Below, one piece after another: positions 46,486 to 60,149 of a stretch of DNA of 64,000 bases. A model generated the notes under the pieces. The model worked only from the letters and a program-made list of their open reading frames with translations. It was not told the origin of the DNA and searched no databases. The stretch is from Podarcis melisellensis (Eukaryota), in assembly GCA_964234715.1 (NCBI GenBank), contig OZ174282.1, one strand, 5' to 3'. How positions within the stretch are numbered: position 1 is the stretch's first letter; each line of letters opens with the position of its first letter. The translations under genes were made by a program, and so were the position numbers.

Positions 46486-49400
46486 TAGGGAAAAAGCACC
46501 TCACGCCAAACCAGGGGTGATGTTTGGGTGTCTAGCCCTAAAGCCATTTTAACAGCCCAGCAGCTGTCCTATGCAATGATCTGAAATACCTGTGCAATCC
46601 TGCCAGGGATGCTAGCCTCAGAGTGGCACTCCAAAAAGTATTTCCAGTCCAAGCGATGTACAGGTGAACCCATCTCAGCAAAAGCCCTTGTAGGTCAATA
46701 GCTACAGACAGATGTCACTGCCAGCTTGGCAGTCTGCCCATAAAGGCCCATGAATTCCTTCTATCTTTCTAGAAGGGATAGAAAGCACCAAGTCAAGGAC
46801 GGCACTTGAGACTTGAGAACAGCAGCTCTTCTGGAGAAGAGGCCTTTGGGCTACCCTTTATTTATTTAGTCCTGGTACTTCTTCACCCTAAGGCAGGAGT
46901 CATCAAAATGGCACCCAGGGGTGCCAGTGCGCCATTCAATACATCATGCGGTGCCTGTGAATGGGCTCAGAAAATATCCCCTCAGAAATGTACAATATCC
47001 CCCTCAGCCTCTCATACCCTGGATTCACCCCCTTAAACATGCCAGCTTTTCACTGGATACCAGGACTGAGCACCCTCCCTCTGCTCCTTTCTCAACTGAG
47101 AGCTTTTCCCTGTGGACAAGTGCAGTGGTAGCTGATGGAGGTGCTTTTCCTCTCCTTCTTGCATCCTATTCTCTCCATCAATGGGGAAAAGGCACCTAAA
47201 CCAGAGTCCAAAGTGGCAGTCTCACACCATTCTCTGCCTCATCTCCTGCAAGATGTGGCAGCCGTTGTGTGTGATGCCATGCGCACACCCCTCCCCACAA
47301 CAGTCATTCCACCCCTGGTGCCCACAGCACTCCCTCAGCATCTCAAATGCACCCACTGGCCCCCCAAAGTGGGTGAGCCCTGCACAACCTTCCCGAGGCA
47401 GGCAACAAAAGCTAAACTTGTGTGGCATTCTAACAATACTTCACATTTGCCTAGCGCTTTCAAGCAATGAAGCCCTATAACAACCTTTAAGGCAGGTCCT
47501 GAGGAGGTGTCTCAATAGGAAGCAAGCAGATGCCCACTGCTCCAACACAGAGGCAACAGACCAGCTCCAGTAGAGCAATGTGGGAATATTTTTTCCAGAA
47601 AGCAACAGTGGTGGACTTTTCCCACCAGGCACTGAATGTGTTTCTAGGTGCCCCTGAGCCATGCAGTGTCAGGTTGTGGGTGCACTAGTGATGCTTGCAG
47701 AGGTGCAGGCCAAGCCCTGACGTGCCCTGCCCTCTCCAACTCTACAAGTGAGGCAGAGACCTAGCAGCATACAGCAGAGGTAGCAGTAACTCAGAATGGC
47801 AGCTGGTGGCACAAGTCCCTGGATCCAATGCTAGCGTGTGCTCATATGCTTGAAGCGCACTGAACGCTCACCAGCACAAGATAAAGGCTGGTCACTATTG
47901 TTGATGTTGCTCTTATGATTCCCCCTCTTGCCTTTTCCTGAAGCTTCTTCCCCAAGGTCCCCTCCTTCCAGGCCATCAACAGCACAAGCCGGAAGCCACA
48001 AATGGTCTTGACTATAGAGAGCTGCAGAGGCAGGAGGAGGACAAAGCCACCCGGGTCTCTCCAAGAGAAGAGGCTGCACAAAAGAGCTTCCACTTTACCT
48101 TCCAGCTTCCTTGTGCTGATGCTGCCGGGCTGTTTGGCTCCAGCTTCTCACCTTGCACAGGTGGAGGGGGGCCCATCTACACATGAAGAGAGACAACCTG
48201 GCGTTAGCTGGAGAGCGACAGACCTTGGGGAGCCCCTCCACCACCACCACTTCAAAGACTGCTTCAAAGACACTGGAGACACACACCTACAATCTGCTGA
48301 AATTTGCCCAGGGTTTTCCGCAAGTCAATGCAATTCTTACCCTGGCTGAAAGGAGGAAGAGAGTGGGTGGGGGGGGGCTGCTCTGGCTGGGTGAGAGGCA
48401 TTGGAGAGATGGGTATGAAGGGGCAGGGGTCAGCCCTCAGGAGGCAACAGGGAGGAGAGACTTTGGACAGAGGAATTGGAAGGATAGGGATGTCAAGGAA
48501 TGTCAGGGGTATTTTGCCTCTAAAGAAGTAAAAATAAGCAAGGAAATAACATGTTTGTCTTCTCATGTTTCCAATGGATTTCCTTTGGATTATTCCATCT
48601 GGGTACTTTAAAGACACCAATCTTCATGAAGGACTAGATACAACTTTTTATCTATGCACTGCTGCAGCCTGGGGAGGGGAGGGTACATGCCAAGAATGGA
48701 AGGAACAGATGGCTGGCTTGTTTGAATACAGGGTGGAGCATGCATGATGCTGTAGCCGACAGTCAGAGAAAGCAGGCAAAATGATGGGCAGTGTTAACTG
48801 GGGATCCGCCTTTTCTCCTGGAACAACAAGGCAGCAAACACCCAGAGGTGACTGGGAGGAAAATAGCTGGGAAACCTTTAAGATATAGTCTCTGGAAAAT
48901 GTCAGGACTATTTATAAGCTATCTTATTAATTGGAAGGACTATATTTATATACGATTTCATGATTTTGATTTGCTGGAGCTCAGTAATCTGGTGTGTGTG
49001 GTTTTTTAAATGTAGAATTGCTTCTGAAAGTTCTAATTTTTAAACATGCTCATGAGGGAGGAAGGAAAGGCAGGTGCCCATAAAAGATGCACCAACACAG
49101 AAGAGGAAGCCCGACTCTATCCCAGTGGAAGGGATGGCAGTAGGAGCAGGGACCTGTTCTGTATTTTAATATTTTGTAACTCACTTTGAGATACCTTGTA
49201 AAAAAAATGAGGAAAAAGTATAAACAATAACATTAACACTAAAATGCTCCATTGATAAGCAAATCTTACCCAAGCAGCCCTGGGTGGATCCTGCTACTCT
49301 TAAGTGGAAACAGAGGCTTTACTCACAGCAGTACATTTGGGGGAGAAGATAGACAAGCCCCCTATTCACCCAGAGAAGACAGTAGGGTTTTTATGGGGGG

Positions 49401-50335
49401 GGGGGAGATACCAGCCAATCTCCAGAGGCTTTGGGCTATAACTCCCAGCAGCTCAGCAGAGAAAGTCTCAGGCTGCAGGACACTTGAAAAGAGCTTTAAC
49501 AAATTTGGGCAGGGCTGAAAAGGTAAAAAGAAAACATGGATACCTCCACATTTTCCCACAGAGACTAAAAAGCCTAGATTTTTATTATTTTATTAATTAG
49601 AACATTTGGGAAGGGCTCTTTTTCACCCCTCTGCTTAGCAGCTAGAAAATGCTGAAGCGCTTTATTTTTGACAACATTCAGCACCTTCACTCCTTCCTCT
49701 GTGACAAGCAAACAACACTCTCTCTTTCTCCATTAGAGAGACAAGTGCTGGGCCAAGAGGAATGAAGTCTTGCTTTTCTCCCATCCAATTCTCAGCACCC
49801 TCAAGCCTTCCCCCATAAAAACCAGGCAATATATCTTAAAAGTCTCACACAATATCCATCCCATATTTGTAAGGAGTCATTCCTTGAGGCTAGCAAAACA
49901 TCTGCTTTGGAACTCCCTGCCTACTGATGTTAGGCAGACACCAACAATGTACAATGTGTGCTGAAAACATTTGTTACAATGGGCTGTCCCACTGACACAT
50001 GATTTGGTTACATCTGTTCTTCAATTTGATTTTGTTTTTGTTTGCAATTTATTGTTTTAAAAGTTTTAAATATATTTTTATTTGATTTTCGCTCTTTAAT
50101 CAGAGAAACATTTGCTGCCCTGGGCTCCTGTCTCACTAACTCACTGGGAGCTCTTTGAGAGTGTCAACAAGCATATAGCTAGTTCGACAAAGGACCTCAC
50201 CCAAGACTCCTGAGTAAGCTTGGCAGTCACGAGGGCAGGACCTGGATCAGTAAGTGATTAAAGGGCAGGAAGTGAAGAGTAGGAATAAGTGAACAGTTTT
50301 CTGAATGGAGGGATGTAGGAAGTGGAGCCTCCCAA

Positions 50336-50481
50336 CAGTGGCGTAGCGTGGGTTGTCAGCACCCGGGGCAAGGCAAGTAATTTGCGCTCCCTAACCCGTG
50401 GATTTGCGCCCCCTAACCCTAACCTCCAGATGTTGTGCCCGGTGCGGCCGGCCCCCCCTGCACCCCCCATGCTACGCACTG
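50336..50481. mobile_element. hAT-type MITE with perfect 8-bp TSD
   Basis: CCTCCCAA|CAGTGGCGTAGCGTGGG ... CCCCATGCTACGCACTG|CCTCCCAA. Confidence 0.88.
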
Positions 50482-50874
50482 CCTCCCAATGATCAGTATT
50501 GAAACCTGTGCTTTGAGTAGTAGAGGTCTAATTTCTTCATATATGAGCTAGAGTGAGGAATGAGCACTCAAGGTAACTTTGTTGACAATATCAATTTGTT
50601 CAGGGGAGGGGGAGGATTCTGAGGAGCTACAGAAGGATTTATCCAAACCAGTTGAATGGGCATTAAAATACAAATGCAATTCAATGTAAGTAGGACCTTA
50701 GGGTGGGTGAATGAATGAATGAATGAATGAATGAGTGTATAGTAAGCAGGAAGGTATCTTCATTTCACACCTATGTCCCTGCAGTTTGAACTGGCCAGCA
50801 ACGATACCTTGGGGTCACAGCAGATAGCTCAGTGACGGCGCTGGCCCGATTTGGGGCAGCTTTGAAAAATGTCT

Positions 50875-51360
50875 ATGTATGTATGTACTTATATCAGCTT
50901 ACCCAAAAGTGACTTACAAGCAAACAGACAGTAGACCCCACATAGCTACATTAAAACCAAGAGGAACGAGAAATATATTAAAAACATCCCACCCACTTCT
51001 AAAAGGCCTGGTTATAGAGGAAAGTTTTGGCCTTGCCACCGAAGTTATGTAATGAAACGGCCAAGTGAGCCATCCTAGGGAGAGGCATTTCACAAACGGG
51101 GAGCCACCACAGAAAATGCTCATTCTTGTGTTGTCACCCTTTGGGCCACTCATGGAGGGGGCACACAAAGAGAGGCCTTGGATTATTATTGTATGGTCCA
51201 GGTCAGTTCATATGGAGAGAGGCAGTCCTTGAGGTACTGCTACTTTATAGGTCAAAAACATCACTCTGAATTGGGCCCAGAAACTAACTGGCAGCCAGTG
51301 CAGTTGGGCCAGGAATGGAGTTATATGCTTAAATCATCTGGCCCTGGTGAACAACTTGGT
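50875..51360 (-). mobile_element. L2 LINE 3' fragment
   Basis: ACTGGCAGCCAGTGCAG reads LHWLPV on the minus strand; GGAGCCACCACAGAAAA and an (ATGT)n tail-like tract near 50875. Confidence 0.65.
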
Positions 51361-53063
51361 CATTGAAATCCATGCTTAGGGATCATTGGGAAAGGAATTG
51401 AAAATAAAGCTGCTGATATCATAATGCCACTACTGCATACCAATCTATGAAGTGACCACACTGGGAAGACTGTGTAAGTATAGTTCTGGTTAGCTCACAT
51501 CTAAAAGGATATTGTAGAGCTGCAAAAGGTTCAGCAAAGGGCCAACGGGATTCTTGAGGGAATAGAGGAAAGCTTTGGGGTTTCTTAGTGTGGAAAAGGT
51601 AAGTGTGAAGATAACAGAGGTGCATAGAATTAGCCCTGGCATTGAAAAAGTGGACAGAGGCAAGTTTCTCTCTGTCTCTCTTAAGAGTAGAGCTTGTGGA
51701 CTTCCAACAGAGCTCAGTTTGGAGGATCCAGGCCAGAGAACAGAAAATGCTTCACGCAGCACAGAGTTAAACTGTGGGACTGATACTCACACAAGATGTA
51801 GTGATGGCCTGGCCACCATTTGGGTCCCTCGAACGATACACGTGAACATTAAAGAAAGAGGCAAAGTTTTACAGTAGACTAAGCTTAATTCAAACAAACA
51901 AAGGAAGCGCAAAAGAACAGAAGTTCAAGTAAGAGTTCCTTAACCAAACACTGCAACACTTCCATCAGTAGTTAGCAAACAAGAGCTTGAACCTGATGAA
52001 GCAACGAGAACAAGGCACCTATTTAAAAGGAAGCTTACAAGCATAGTTTAGTTTGGTGGGAACCAGGGCAGTGCAAGCTCTGATGGATCCCCAGGGGCAT
52101 CAGATCCTAGAACTTACTGATTTTACCACTGTTTTGGATCATCCATTTTTAAACTGAATCATGTTGACCACAGAAACTGCCCAAATCGGACAAATTTGTC
52201 CTGTTTTTCCTAAACCATCTCAGAATTGCACATGAGAACACCGGCTAACTTATAACCCAAAAGATGAAAGATTTGAACATTTGTTGGTGACATCAATTCT
52301 TCATCCACCAGTAACCACACTGTGGGCTTGACCCATGAGGGGAATTTTAACCTGTTCCTTCTGTGGCTGAAAACTAAGAGGTCTCTCTCAACCAAAGTGT
52401 CCTTGAGCATGAATGGGAAAGGCCAAGAATAAAACCTGGGTGTCTCCCTAAAGTGACTCAAAACTCATTTCTAAGTATGAGTGAAACTAAGTTCGGGCCC
52501 CTGTTGAGAAAGTTGCAAAGCCAAGTGACTCTTCTACTGCAAGATGCCCATTCCAAATAGCCAAGACAAGCAGGCCTCACATCTTCTCCACTGGACTCAC
52601 AAGTGCAGATATGTTGGGCTCTGGTCCAATTGGGTCAAACTTTGAGCTGGAGGGCACCACAGCCCAGAATTTCTATTCAAAGCCAGGGTAAAAGAGCCAA
52701 ATATTCTACTCAGCTCCAAGAGGGAGCCTTGATAGCAGAGAGGAGAGAAAGACTTTACACCCTCTTTGTGTACAGCTGGCCACAGTTTTGCTCCTATTTC
52801 AACCCTGGCAGCAATGGCAAGGACTCCCAGCCATCATTTCCTTCCCAGAGTGGAGGAGGAAGGAGCCCCTTACCCTCAATTGGACTTGCCTTTGGATGCT
52901 ATCATGTAGCTCCACCATAAAGCTGAATCAGAAGCAAAACTCCAGCACTGGACAGGGGAAATTCAAAGTGGGGGAGGGGGTGCCCATGGAACACAGCAGC
53001 CATCTGTAGTAATTTGAACACACACTTTATTCTAGTTTGCAGTGAACACCTCATCCTGTCAAA

Positions 53064-53098
<35 letters not shown>
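53064..53098. repeat. (ATG)n trinucleotide microsatellite
   Basis: Direct read of the sequence. Confidence 0.95.
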
Positions 53099-56000
53099 AG
53101 GCTTTTTGGCTTGTCCACAATGGAGATTTATATGCATTTGAAGCTGCTCGTGTCTCTGTTGTTTTAAGTATTTTGTAATGTACGCACAATTCTCCTCATC
53201 CAATTAATCCAATCTGATTAGGGTAGAAAATTCAATATAAAATCACATATTACCGGACTGTGGACGTACATTGTGTGGATGGGTGTTTTTTTCAGCATGC
53301 GTGGCTGACATTTCCCCTGCCATTATGCTTCCATCTACCTAAAGGAATTGATGCAGCCTGCCTTTTTCACCTGTTGTTGCTGAAGTCATGTTTGTGGTTA
53401 TTTTTATTTTCAAGCAGCTCACTTGCACAGAACTGCGCTTGAAAATAATATGGAAAAATAATAATAAAATCTGCCCTTGCAGGTGCTGGAGACGGAAAAG
53501 CAAAAGGGGAGGAAAGGAAGGGGCAGGCCTTTCAGAGGAGTAGCTTCAAATTCTGGCCTGACTCAAAGCCAGATGGGCACGTTCTTTTTTTCCTACTGCT
53601 CTGGCATATCAGGAAACTTGTATTACTTTTTTTTTTAAGTAAACAAAGTACCTGTATGCGTGCCCACAAGCAACCTCAGGTTTCTGGAACTGCTGATGGG
53701 TGGGGATGTGCCAACTGAAGGGCGGGGACAGCCACACGTAGCATGAGCACATCCTCCGTGAGCCACACACTAGAAACAGTGCAGAAACACTGGGACAGAT
53801 TTGGGAGGCATAAAACTGAAAGTGCTCATGTGTGGAGGGAGGCGCCCCAATGTGCACATGTAAAGGATGCAGTCGCTGTCTCCTGCCAGCAGAGCAGTGG
53901 AGAAGAGAGAGCCACTCAGCCCTGGCAGAGACGATGCCTCTGATCCCCTCCTCCCCGGCAGTATTCACAATTCATTTCCATCTCTCTGGCTAGAGAGGAG
54001 ACCAAGATATGCAAGCGCCCAGGCGGATAGCCTGCCCAAAGTCAGCCCAGCCTCTCCTGGACTGGGTGCCCCTCCCTGCCTTCCAGGGGGCCCAGCTGAT
54101 CTCCCTCAGTTGCACTGGGACAGGAATAAATGCCACAGTTGTGAAGGGGAGGGGAGGAAGGAAGGACGAAGGAACCATCACTGGTGTCTGACAGTGCTCA
54201 GAAAATGTGGGGCTTGCACTCTGACACATTAAGTCATGGAAAGCACCCCACTCTCTTGGGGTGATGGCTCAGACATGTTTAATTGAGCAGTTATGGAGAA
54301 GGGGGGCTGAATGCCTGATGTGACACCCCCCCCAAAAATGCATACAATCTTCTCTCCATGGGATTTAGACCTGATCTAGGGGAGCAATTTTGATGAAGGA
54401 AGAGTTAAGCATCCCCACCACCAGCAAGCATATGATCAAAGTCAGAGCCTGCACACCAACACTTACAGTCGTACTGGAATGAAAAGACCAAGAGATCCCC
54501 TCGTGGCTCTCCCATGAAACGTGCAGCTTCTCCCCCAACTGCTGCCTCTCCAGAGAAAACTGTGCTTGCTGCGTCATGGTGGGCCACTGCTGAGCCCTCC
54601 TCTCAGTGTCAGCCTCATGGTGTGAACACCAACCAGTCTTTGTCTGGTTTTGTGGGTCAGAGGGATTGAGGGGCTGGTGGGCTGTGGGTGGCTAAGATCA
54701 ACCTGTGCAAAAAGAGGCATCAGAATGCTTCACTTACCAGGAAGCATCTCAAGATCTTCCCAGCTGCCTCCATCCTCCTGTGAGACAAGAAGGGCTTGTG
54801 GTCCTGATGCTGATGGCTCCAAAGAGTGACTTGTTCAGGTTTACAGTATCTTGGGCTCTGGCCCCTTGTCAAAAGGGGCTTCTTCCCAGCCTCAGTTCCT
54901 TCCGTCCTTGTCCAAAACTGGCAGGCGGGCACACAGGGAGGCCAAGCCAGGGCTCTGGCCTGTTCAGTTGTTTGCAGCACCAGCGCAGCAGTAGCTGCAA
55001 GGAGAGCTTGCACTGCTCAAGGGGAAACAGGAGAGATTGTGGGACCTCCCTCTGCCTGGGACTGACTGAATCAGGCTATCTCACCACTGCTTCTCCATGG
55101 CTCCAGGAGGCTCCCCAAAGGTGGATGTTGTACCCAAGAATGTTACAAAATCCTAAACTTTCTACAAAGGGAAGCTCTGGAACATGAGCTTTGCAAATGT
55201 GGAGCTGTTTGTTGCTTGCCATGAGTTCACACTTTGTTTCTGTGAAAGGAGGTTTGCTTCAAACATTAGTTTCTTTTTTTTCTTTTAAATTTTAGCGACT
55301 TATATCCTACTTATCTCCATCAATATTGGACCCAAAGCGGCTTACAAAAATGATGCCAGCTTTCACAGCCCTGGAAACCTAATTGGGATTTGAGAACAGC
55401 ACCCACATCCAGACACCCCGGCGTACCCTCATTCTTTTCTTCTGAGTCTTCAGATGTAGCAAATATTTGCGTCTCCCTTCATGGCCCATAGCAATCTTAA
55501 GTGTCCCATGAAATGTTATTTGATGCATCAGCAAGAACAGTGTTTATTTTCACATTTGGACATCCTTTGGCATTCGGAGCCTGAGTTCTCCATCCCCACC
55601 ACAGAGGGTAGAGAAGGCTCTGGGGCAAGAGGAAGCCATGGGAGGGACAGGGTAGCTCCTGCTGTGCTCACCAAGTCAACCCCAAGTGAACTGGATGCAG
55701 TCCCCTGGCAAGTGAGGGGGCCACCTGAAGCCCAGGCAGAGGGTTGGTTTTTCAAAGAGTGAAAGGCTGGTTGAAAGAGGCATCACTGCATGTGGTCTGT
55801 GTGCCCACCCCACTTTTGCCTCTGGTCAAACAGGTTGCACAGATTCTTTGATGGTTTCAAAAACCTGCCAGACCTGTTGGACCAAAGGCAGCAACAGGTC
55901 AAATAAATATTTGGAAGCATGTGGAAACAGAATGATCTCTGGGGGTTTCTCAAGTGATGCATGGAAGACTAACTAGGATGCAAGAGATGGAAGAAAAAAG

Positions 56001-59000
56001 AGGTGAGCTAGAAGCAACTTCCAGATTTTGACATGCAAGATTTTTGGCAAGATGGTTGAAGAGGGGTATGAAAAAGCAAGGGGAGACCCCTAATCTGGCA
56101 GCAAACAAAGTACTTGCAACAAGCAGAGTATGGAATCCCTCTCCAGCGAGGAACTCTGCATCAGGGAGGCTCAAGCAGAAGGACTTGAACAGCTGCTTCC
56201 AACCACCCCCCACTCACCACCCCATGGACCTTGCTGAACTGCCTGGAGAGAAGCAAGTGCCAGCAGGAATTCCTCCTCCTTGTGAGAGCTCACCTGGGCA
56301 CAAGGGCCCAGCAGCCAGCCTGGACACAGGAGGCTTCCCTGGCATGTGGAGCTGGGTTATAACTGTACCCCCCCCCATTGCCAACCTTTTTATAAAAGGG
56401 CAGAGGCTGCTACAGGATCAGAGAGGATCTAAAACATGTGACAGGACAGCATGGAAAGGAGAAGAACAGAAGCAAGTGACATTGGTGGAAAAATAAAAAT
56501 ATATCTTGAAAGCTCATTCCTGGTTATCTTCAATCCTATCTCTATCACAGGCTCTCCTGTTAGCTTTCTAACACTTTCCTCCCTGTCCCCAGGAAATGCC
56601 AAGAACTCTCAAGAGGAGCCTTCCAGAAGCCCAGAGACTATAGGGCTAGATCCTAGACCCTCAAAGACACCTTCCTCTGAGCTGGAAGAACCAGGTGTCT
56701 CCCACCCACACCACCAGTCGGGAAGTGCCGGGAAGAAAGCTATGGAAAAAGGAAGGAGGGCCTGTCTTCAGCCCCAGGGTTGGCCCTTCCAGGCTCTGGA
56801 GCTTATACATTTATTCATTTTATAAAATTTATAACCGGCCTGCCTGATTTATTTATTTTTTTACAAAGTGGTCCAGCAAACTTTGACCAGCCTCCAGTCT
56901 AGCTTGACCCCCCCCCCTGCCCCCCGTGCTCCAGCATCGGAGAACACAACACCTGGTGCGAGTCTGTGTCCAGAGAATCCAAACAGACACAGATGTATTG
57001 CAGGGTTTGACTGGTGACAACAGATTTCGTGGTGTGCTCTGGGTGGAACAATACCCCGCAGACAATGGGAGCTTAGCCCAAAGGTATAACCATGTCCGTT
57101 CATCATCAATGTACCCAAGCTCACAACAACAAAACATTACAGACTGAGAGATGGACACAAAGGGCCAGACGAGACCAGCCCCTGGGGCAGGTCCAGAGGT
57201 CATCACTGCCCCCCAGGAAAGTGACTCTGTTTGTTTAGGTGTTGTTTCAAATCACAGTTTCAGCTGTGTGAAAAAAGAGAGGAAGTGGTGAAGGCTCCTG
57301 GTAACCTAGGAATCTTCTACTACAAGGCAGACCTCAAAGGAAAAAAACCAGTTCCCAACTGAAACCACAGCCCATGCTGGGCAATGACACCCCCCCCCCT
57401 CCCGGGTCTTGGGAGGCAATGCTCTTCCACTTTCTAGGCAGGACAAACAAATCAGCATGCAAATCTAACACCAGGAATGGCAATATTCAAAAGCCAGTGA
57501 TGGACTTCAAAGGGCGACTCTGCAACGTGAAACCGCTGAATTACAATTCTTCAAGAATTTATCACTGGTGGACAGTATCAGCAGTATGGAATCGTATCAC
57601 ACAACGTACGTTAATTGGCTCACCAGTGCCAGCACGTCAGTGTTTTCAACGCAGCAGACTTCTGTGAATGAACCCTGTTCATACGGTAATTACCACTATC
57701 TGTACTTTCTGCGTTTCATTTCTTTCTGACTTCACTGTTAACAATCCCCACCAACCATGTGTATACTCAAACATGCAGACATGCATCACTCAGGACACCA
57801 CCTCAAGCATCTCTAGTTCCCAAAAGCTTCCGCCGTGACAAACGTGTTTTTCTTTCAGGGGCCACAAAGAGCACTTCCCCCCCGGGGCGGGGGCTACCGG
57901 GCAGATAAGCGGCATTGCTGCTTGGCTGCCTCGGAGAAGCTCCAAAGCAGAAAATGCATCAAGGTGATGCTCACCCCCTTGTATCTGTAGCTCCCACATA
58001 CCTGGTACTCAGAGGTGCACTCTCTCTGCCGCTTGTGTCCCCACCATGAACAACTTGACTACTAGTTGATTTTTTTTTATCTCCACTGCCAGCACCAGCA
58101 TATGTGATTTGTAAGCAGATGTTCCCATTTTTCACAGTTAGGGACTGCAAATTCAAATTAGGCAAGCCCATTAAGCCAGTGTTGCCTACACTGACTGCCA
58201 GCAGCAGCAGCTCCTCAGTTTTAGCCAGAGATGGGTGCTTCTCAGCCCTATCTGCCATCCAGGATTCAGACAGGAACACTGTCCCTGCAAGGCGGGTTCT
58301 CTACTTGGGGCTCATCTACATCCCTTTCTTTTTATAAACTGCCTGCCCTACTAGGCACAAGATATTGCTCAGCCCCCTCTCCTCCATCACAGACTTGACA
58401 CTAAACCCCAAAGAGCCCTCATCCCAACTGTCCCTATTTCCACAGCAGGACTGGCCAGTTTCCTCCCCACCCTATCCCTTTTGCAAAGAGCCCTTGCATT
58501 GCTCTAGCAGGCAGATGGTGCAGCTGACCCACATGTCCCCCACAGCTAGCCTCAGCCCCACTGCCCATCTTCTTGACCTAGCCCTGCCTTGGTTCTTCCC
58601 GACACCCTGGGGCTTCTCTTCACCCTCCTCTTCTGGCCGATCCAGAATCTGAAGAAGGGGAAAGACCCTTCGCTTCTGCTGCTGACTCAAAGCCCAACCT
58701 CTGCAGGTTTCCTTGGGAGGAATTCCCATTGAGCACCAGCTGGGGACCTCCATCTATTTCAGCTAGAGGGACTGTGATGCCATCCGCCTGCAAAAGTTTC
58801 AGATTGCTGCTTCAATCAAATGCGGGGCGGGAGGGGGAGTGTGGATCTCTGCCCACCCTCAGTTCACTAGCCTTTCTGGCAGGAAGGTTTGGGAACAACA
58901 ACATGCTTCACACCTGCCAGGCTGGCTTCTAAACTATTTCCCAAAACTTGGAACAGGGAGGAAAGTGGGGATAGAGAGATGCTTGCCATGCCCTCAAGGT

Positions 59001-59879
59001 CTGCTGGAGGCAAGAGGTTTCCCAGGATGGGATGGGACTCCAGTGGCTCCTCATCACTACTTCACTACTTCAAGAATAAATTTGACCCTGGCCTCTCCAA
59101 CACCTGGGATGAGGGAGGGGGCAGTTCACCACTCCATCCCCTTTCAGAGAGCAGGGATGCCCCGTCCTCTGCTCCTGCAGGACACCTGGTCTTCCAGGCG
59201 GTACCCTAGGGGCTGGAAGCATCTTTTGCCACACAAAGAGCCATCCCTCACAAAGTACTCCTGGAAACTGGCATCACTGACTGCTCAGGGCTCCCTGGTG
59301 ATGAGGCACAACCTCTCAAGCTGAGTCCTGACACACAAGACCCAGAAACGACTCTCTGCATTTCCCTTACAAATAGAACACAGTGCAAATGTTAAGTTGC
59401 ATGGTGGTCAATTGCGGCATGCTCACTGTCCTTGGGCTGCTTTGCCTGCCCCAGGAGTCTTCCCTACCTAACAGGCCCCTGAAGAAGGGGCAGCAAAGCC
59501 CAGCTCCAGCCACAGATCCACCTGTGGAAGCCTAAAGCGGAGAGCAGGTGATTTGCAGGAAGGCGTCCTGCACAGCCAGCAGGGCACTGAAATGGCTTGT
59601 GCAAGGAAGCCAAGCCGCACAGGAAGACCAGCCCCTTCCCTTTGGAACTCTCACCACCTTGACTCAGCCCTGTGGTCCAGATGCTGAGCAAGCCTCCCCA
59701 TGCCACAGGCCCCTGTCCAAGGGAGGTCCCCCTCCTGCTCTGTGGATCAGCCAAAGCAGGAGAGGTTCTGCCAGGCCAGGGGCATGGCACGTTCCTCCTT
59801 CCCTCCCATTCCCCCCATTCTGGGAAGCCAGCATGTGTAGGGATGGCCAAGAGCCTGCGGAGATGCTGACTGAGCTCAC

Positions 59880-60144
59880 CTGTGATGAGAACGGCTCTCC
59901 CCACCGCAGGGATCCTCTTCCTCTGTGTGGCCCCTGCCAAGACAAGCCAGCAGGCGGTGCCCGTGAGAGCTGTGCCCAGGGGCAGGGGCAGGAAGGCTCG
60001 GCTGACGCCCTGCAGCAGGACCAGGAGCCCCACCTGGAGCAGCAGGCCGGGGGTCAGCAACAGGTCAGCGCGCAGGAGTTTGACGGCCAGGCTGGAGAGG
60101 AAAAGCAGCCACAGCAGGGAGCTGCACGCCCAGCCCAGCTCCAT
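59880..60144 (-). CDS. HSD11B2: 11-beta-HSD2, exon 1 (N-terminal membrane anchors)
   Basis: MELGWACSSLLWLLFLSSLAVKLLRADLLL...RIPAVGRAVLIT(G); donor G|GTGAGC; 265 nt, phase 1, joins exon 2 to give VLITGCDTGFG. Joined CDS is 1164 nt = 387 aa + stop. Confidence 0.92.
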
Positions 60145-60149
60145 AGCCT

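Larger units (their letters stand above)
50130..51820 (+). mobile_element. Fragmented CR1 LINE carrying nested hAT MITE and L2 insertions
   Basis: CR1 RT-region sequence at 50130-50335, about 50490-50870 and about 51365-51820, interrupted by the two elements listed next. Confidence 0.7.

Noticed and set aside
58649-58675. CTGAAGA followed by a short hairpin (second hammerhead?)
   Set aside because: No GAAA after the stem and no stem I/NUH arrangement.
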